Below, one piece after another: positions 60,295 to 64,000 of a stretch of 64,000 nucleotides of DNA; within the stretch, counting starts at the first letter, position 1; each line of letters begins with the position of its first letter. The stretch covers positions 128,649-192,648 of the forward strand of contig MFNS01000001.1 in NCBI GenBank assembly GCA_001783805.1, in the 5' to 3' direction. The notes under the pieces were generated by a model. It was not told the origin of the DNA. It made no database searches and was given only the letters and a program-made list of their open reading frames with translations. The DNA is from Candidatus Levybacteria bacterium RIFCSPHIGHO2_01_FULL_40_16. GTDB taxonomy: Bacteria; Patescibacteriota; Microgenomatia; Levybacterales; UBA12049. The position numbers were made by a program, and so were the translations under genes.

Positions 60295-61194
60295 TTACAT
60301 TGAGCGGAGGATCTTGATGCGTTCTGCGATTGGCGGATGAGTATTGAAAAGACTTGTGAACCAATGCTTGGAATTAGCGTGAAGCTTAAAGGGATTTGAG
60401 ATGTATAGGTGTGCGGTAGCATTATTGGCAGCTTCAAGAGGTTCTTTGTCTCTGGAAATTTTTTCCAGAGCAGACGCCAAACCTTCGGGATAACGTGTTA
60501 AAAGAGCTCCTGATGCATCGGCGAGAAACTCTCTTTTTCGGGAAACTGCAAGTTGAATTAAGGTTGCAATAATAGGAGATAAAATCGCAAACGCGATTCC
60601 AATTAATAAGAATATGCTTTGAGAGCTACCCCTGTCATCTCTTCTTCTTCCACCCCCGTACCATAAGCTACGCATGAAAAAATCAGCCAGAAGTGCCACT
60701 AAACCCACCAAAATTACGACAATCGCCATAAGTCTGATATCGTAATTTCTTACATGGGAAAGCTCATGGGCAATAACTCCCTCAAGTTCAACCCTATTTA
60801 ATCTTCCTAGAATCCCTGTTGTTACGCAGACAACGGAATGCTTTGGATCTCGTCCCGTAGCAAATGCATTAATAGCCGAATCCTCGATAATGTAGATTTT
60901 AGGCAACGGAGTTCCTGCGCCAATGCAAAGATTTTCGACTATCCTGAAAAGTTGAGGATTATCAGCTTTTTTAATTTGTTTGGCTCCGGACATTCCCAGA
61001 ATCATTTTGTCTGAGTAATAATAACTTGAAAAAACCATGATTCCTGAAAAAATAAGTCCTATTCCCGCGTACGATAAGCCGTAACCTGATGCTTTACCAT
61101 AGACAAAAAGAATAGTGGTTATGAAAATAACAAACAAAAACATTATTAACCAGGTCTTCGTTTTGTTTGAAGATATCTGAGAGTAAATGTTCAT
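60295..61194 (-). CDS. htpX: HtpX-type M48 membrane zinc metalloprotease
   Basis: NAFATGR, HELSH, SRKREFLADA, THPP. Confidence 0.93.
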   Translation of the reverse strand: MNIYSQISSNKTKTWLIMFLFVIFITTILFVYGKASGYGLSYAGIGLIFSGIMVFSSYYYSDKMILGMSGAKQIKKADNPQLFRIVENLCIGAGTPLPKIYIIEDSAINAFATGRDPKHSVVCVTTGILGRLNRVELEGVIAHELSHVRNYDIRLMAIVVILVGLVALLADFFMRSLWYGGGRRRDDRGSSQSIFLLIGIAFAILSPIIATLIQLAVSRKREFLADASGALLTRYPEGLASALEKISRDKEPLEAANNATAHLYISNPFKLHANSKHWFTSLFNTHPPIAERIKILRSM

Positions 61195-61197
61195 ACT

Positions 61198-61749
61198 TTA
61201 GAACGAAACTTTAACAGATTTTCTTTCAGATTCAGTTGCCGCAAAGAATTCCTCTTGTCTAAATCCAAACATATTCCCAACTATGTTTCCTGGAAAATTT
61301 ACCAAGATTGAGTTGAAGCTTGCGACGTTGGTATTGAAAAATTGTCTTGCGTAGGCAATTTTTGCCTCAATATCTGAAAGTTCTTCCTGTAATGCTAGAA
61401 AATTTTTACTTGCTTTGAGATCCGGATATGCTTCCGAGATTGCAATCAAACTTTTCAAAGCCTGAGACAGCATATTGTCCGATTGCGCTTTTTCCGCAGT
61501 TCCTTTGGCATGCATCAGAGATGCTCTTGCTTTAGTAACATTTTCCAGTAATTCTTTTTCGTGTTTGGCATAACCCTTAACAGTTGAAACAAGATTCGGA
61601 ACTAAATCAATTCTGCGTTTTAGTTGAACATCTATTCCGCTTAGTGACTCTTTAATTCTAACTTTTCCAGTTACTAGGGAATTATACGTAGTCCAAACGA
61701 ACAATGCTATTAAAACAACTGCAATAATTATAATTAAATTAAAATCCAT
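61198..61749 (-). CDS. lemA: LemA family protein
   Basis: IDVQLKRRIDLVPNLV..VKGYA.HE, EAYPDLKAS. Confidence 0.95.
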   Translation of the reverse strand: MDFNLIIIIAVVLIALFVWTTYNSLVTGKVRIKESLSGIDVQLKRRIDLVPNLVSTVKGYAKHEKELLENVTKARASLMHAKGTAEKAQSDNMLSQALKSLIAISEAYPDLKASKNFLALQEELSDIEAKIAYARQFFNTNVASFNSILVNFPGNIVGNMFGFRQEEFFAATESERKSVKVSF

Positions 61750-61764
61750 TATTTATTCACCTCC

Positions 61765-63531
61765 TTACATTTTTATCCATTTTATAAAATCTTCAAATTC
61801 CAAGGTATTAATTATATCACTTTTTGTTGCCCAACCCCGTCTTGCCATTGCTACACCATATTTCATGAGATTCATTTGGCGAACTTCATGGCTGTCGGTG
61901 TCGATTATAAGTTTAACTCCATTCTTAACTGCTTCCATAATTAAGGGATCGGGTAAGTCAAGTCTATTCGGCCAGCTGTTAATTTCCAAGGCTTTATTAT
62001 TTTTTTTGCAAAAATCAAAAATTTGGTCAAAATCCAATTCATATCCAGGACGTTCGTTAAGCATTCTTCCCGTAGGATGCGCAAGGATTTTTGCTTTTGG
62101 GTGACTTAATCCTGCCAAAACTCTCTTCGTCATCTCTTGCTTATTCGTTGAAAACGAACTATGAATCGAGACAATTGCGCCATCAAGAAGCTCCAGTGAT
62201 TTATCGTCAACAGCAAGTTTTCCCGAGCTCAAAATATCTATTTCGAGTAATTTAAATATTTGAACATTTTTAATACTCGAAGAAATGTGTTCAATATATT
62301 CATTTCTTCTTGCAATTAGAGAGTATATTTCATCTTTACTATGCATAGAAATGCTCGGATTATGCTCGGAAAAACCAAGATATTCGTATTTTAGTTTTTT
62401 TGCGTATTCAGCCATTTCCTTGATGTCTGTTTGGCCAAGATCATGGCTTGGCTCAATAGGAAAGTTGGAATGAATATGCAAATCCCCCTTGATATCCGAC
62501 AACTCAACTAATTTGGGAAGCTTGTGTTGAATGGCAAGCTCAATTTCGCCTTTGTTTTCCCTCATTTCCGGCGGAATCCAACTCATCTCCAGAAAATTAT
62601 AAAATTTCTCTTCAGTAGCGTATTTCATGAGCTTTCCATTTTTTTTCAGGTCTTTTATTCCTCGTTCCGAAAGCGAAAGGCCTTGCTTTAAAGCATACTC
62701 ACGCAGGCGCACATTATGGTCTTTGCTGCCCGTGAAGTGTTGTAAAAGTGCTCCAAAGCCTGCGGGAAACGCAACCATGAGATCGATTTGCCTGCCGCCG
62801 GATGTTAATATTGAAGCTGTTTCAGAACCTTGTTCAACAACTCTTTCTTTGTAGGGATAGGCAACAAAATGCGCTATGGCTTCCTTGGGACTGCTTGTTG
62901 TCACAGCGATGTCAATATCACCGATTGTAGGCATCATTCGCCTAATGCTACCTAAAGGAATAGCCTCAATTATTGCAGGAGATTGTTTTAGATAGGAAAT
63001 AATTTTTTCTGCGATTTCAGTTGCAAACGGAAGGATCATTCTGGTGGTTTTTCCTTTGCCTTCTTTATATTCAAAAAGAGCCCTAAGTATATCCTGTTCC
63101 GATTTTTCCCCAAAAGTTGGAATTTTGGCAATTTGGTGATTTTTAGCCTTGATAATTAGGTCTTCGATAGCGGTTTCGGGATTATTCAGTGACAATTTCT
63201 TAGCCAATTTGTAGGCTTTTTTGGGACCGATGGAAGGAACGTACATTAAGACAAAAACAGATTTTGGTATTCCCCTTAGAACAGCATTGAAGTGGGAAAC
63301 TGATCCTTTTTTGAATAATTCTTCCAGCCTTGATTGGATGGTCGCGCCTATGCCTGGAAGAGTTTGTAATTTTCCTTCTCTATATATGTCCTTAATCTCG
63401 GTCGTAGAGGACGCAATTGCCTCCGAAGCTTTTTGATAAGCTAAGATTTGAAAATAAAATTTCTTACTGTCTTTGATTGAATAGGCCGCGGCAACCTGCC
63501 TGAAAAGGCGAGTTATTTCCTGATTACTCAT
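61765..63531 (-). CDS. polX: DNA polymerase X with C-terminal PHP domain
   Basis: GSIRR..GDIDI, HFTGSKDHN, GDLHIHS, AHPTGR, DTDSH. Confidence 0.93.
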   Translation of the reverse strand: MSNQEITRLFRQVAAAYSIKDSKKFYFQILAYQKASEAIASSTTEIKDIYREGKLQTLPGIGATIQSRLEELFKKGSVSHFNAVLRGIPKSVFVLMYVPSIGPKKAYKLAKKLSLNNPETAIEDLIIKAKNHQIAKIPTFGEKSEQDILRALFEYKEGKGKTTRMILPFATEIAEKIISYLKQSPAIIEAIPLGSIRRMMPTIGDIDIAVTTSSPKEAIAHFVAYPYKERVVEQGSETASILTSGGRQIDLMVAFPAGFGALLQHFTGSKDHNVRLREYALKQGLSLSERGIKDLKKNGKLMKYATEEKFYNFLEMSWIPPEMRENKGEIELAIQHKLPKLVELSDIKGDLHIHSNFPIEPSHDLGQTDIKEMAEYAKKLKYEYLGFSEHNPSISMHSKDEIYSLIARRNEYIEHISSSIKNVQIFKLLEIDILSSGKLAVDDKSLELLDGAIVSIHSSFSTNKQEMTKRVLAGLSHPKAKILAHPTGRMLNERPGYELDFDQIFDFCKKNNKALEINSWPNRLDLPDPLIMEAVKNGVKLIIDTDSHEVRQMNLMKYGVAMARRGWATKSDIINTLEFEDFIKWIKM

Positions 63532-63551
63532 AAACCCATTCTAAGTTATTG

Positions 63552-63580
63552 TTGTATAGAATTCAATTATTTGTTAAAAT
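63552..63580 (+). promoter_or_regulatory. Sigma70-type promoter of the tRNA-Asp locus
   Basis: TTGTAT-17 nt-TAAAAT with extended -10 TG. Confidence 0.65.
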
Positions 63581-63594
63581 AGGTAAGGAAGCGA

Positions 63595-63800
63595 GGGGCC
63601 GTAGCGCAATTGGTTAGAGCGGAACGTAAAACGTTCCAGGCCTCCCTGCTTGCCCCGTAAGATTGCGGGGAAATGGGCTCGTAGTGAAGTTGGTCTATCA
63701 CGTCTCCCTGTCACGGAGAAGATCGCCGGTTCGAATCCGGTCGAGCCCGCAATCTGTGGGGTCACGGAGGAGGTTGCGGGTTCGAGTCCCGCCGATCCCG
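63595..63800 (+). tRNA. Outer tRNA-Asp(GTC), interrupted by a 19-nt hairpin (~63621-63639) and a 113-nt anticodon-loop insert (63648-63760); possibly decaying
   Basis: GGGGCCG/CGATCCC (one C-A mismatch), GCGC/GAGC (one G-A), CCTCC/GGAGG with rejoined loop CTGTCAC, GCGGG-TTCGAGT-CCCGC, G73. Confidence 0.75.
63675..63749 (+). tRNA. Inner (nested) tRNA-Asp(GTC)
   Basis: GGGCTCG/CGAGCCC, GTGA/TCAC, TCTCC-CTGTCAC-GGAGA, GCCGG-TTCGAAT-CCGGT, G73. Confidence 0.93.
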
Positions 63801-63894
63801 CAGCGTAATACCTCAAAATATTTCAGCTATTGCCTTTTTAAAATAATAGTTGTATAATCCTGCCACAAGAACTGCCTCGAATAAAAATGCTTCT

Positions 63895-64000
63895 ATGCCA
63901 AAAATAAATAAAAAGTCCAGGAGAAAAACTGTAAAGGCAAAAATACAGAAAGATATACAAAAAGGAATTGTAAGTCGCTTGAGGTTTACAGAATCATACA
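63895..64000 (+). CDS. 5' end of a CDS running off the window (MPKINKKSRRKT...RFTESY)
   Basis: Open frame from ATG 63895 to the window end. Confidence 0.5.
   Translation, partial: MPKINKKSRRKTVKAKIQKDIQKGIVSRLRFTESY

Noticed and set aside
63574-63857. ORFs 63574-63816 and 63663-63857
   Set aside because: Translations of the tRNA-Asp locus; no protein features.

Overview
Low-GC bacterial chromosome segment read in genetic code 11. Gene content and style (compact mraY-ftsW-murG-ftsA-ftsZ cluster, F-type ATP synthase with a short delta subunit, murT/gatD, cohesin/dockerin surface proteins, a GT-C-rich glycan locus, apparently leaderless genes) suggest Patescibacteria/CPR, probably Microgenomates; this is inference, not a database result. 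It also carries ileS, rodA, rplU-rpmA-parB, lepB, a ~20 kb glycosyl/methyltransferase locus, pyrEF/pyrD, dnaE, gatCAB, htpX-lemA and polX. The main finding is two nested tRNA loci. A tRNA-Val(CAC) at 20284-20467 has a 112-nt insert in its anticodon loop containing a second, complete, different tRNA-Val(CAC). A tRNA-Asp(GTC) at 63595-63800 has a 113-nt anticodon-loop insert containing a second complete tRNA-Asp(GTC). The inserts are bounded by stem-forming termini (CCTGCCCG...CAGGCGGG; RCCCCGY...GYGGGGT) that also bound in-frame insertions in gatD and ileS. This points to a family of hairpin-bounded insertion/intron-like elements, some carrying a same-anticodon tRNA as cargo. Housekeeping proteins also contain TGTCA...TGACA palindromes and many in-frame heptamer tandem arrays.
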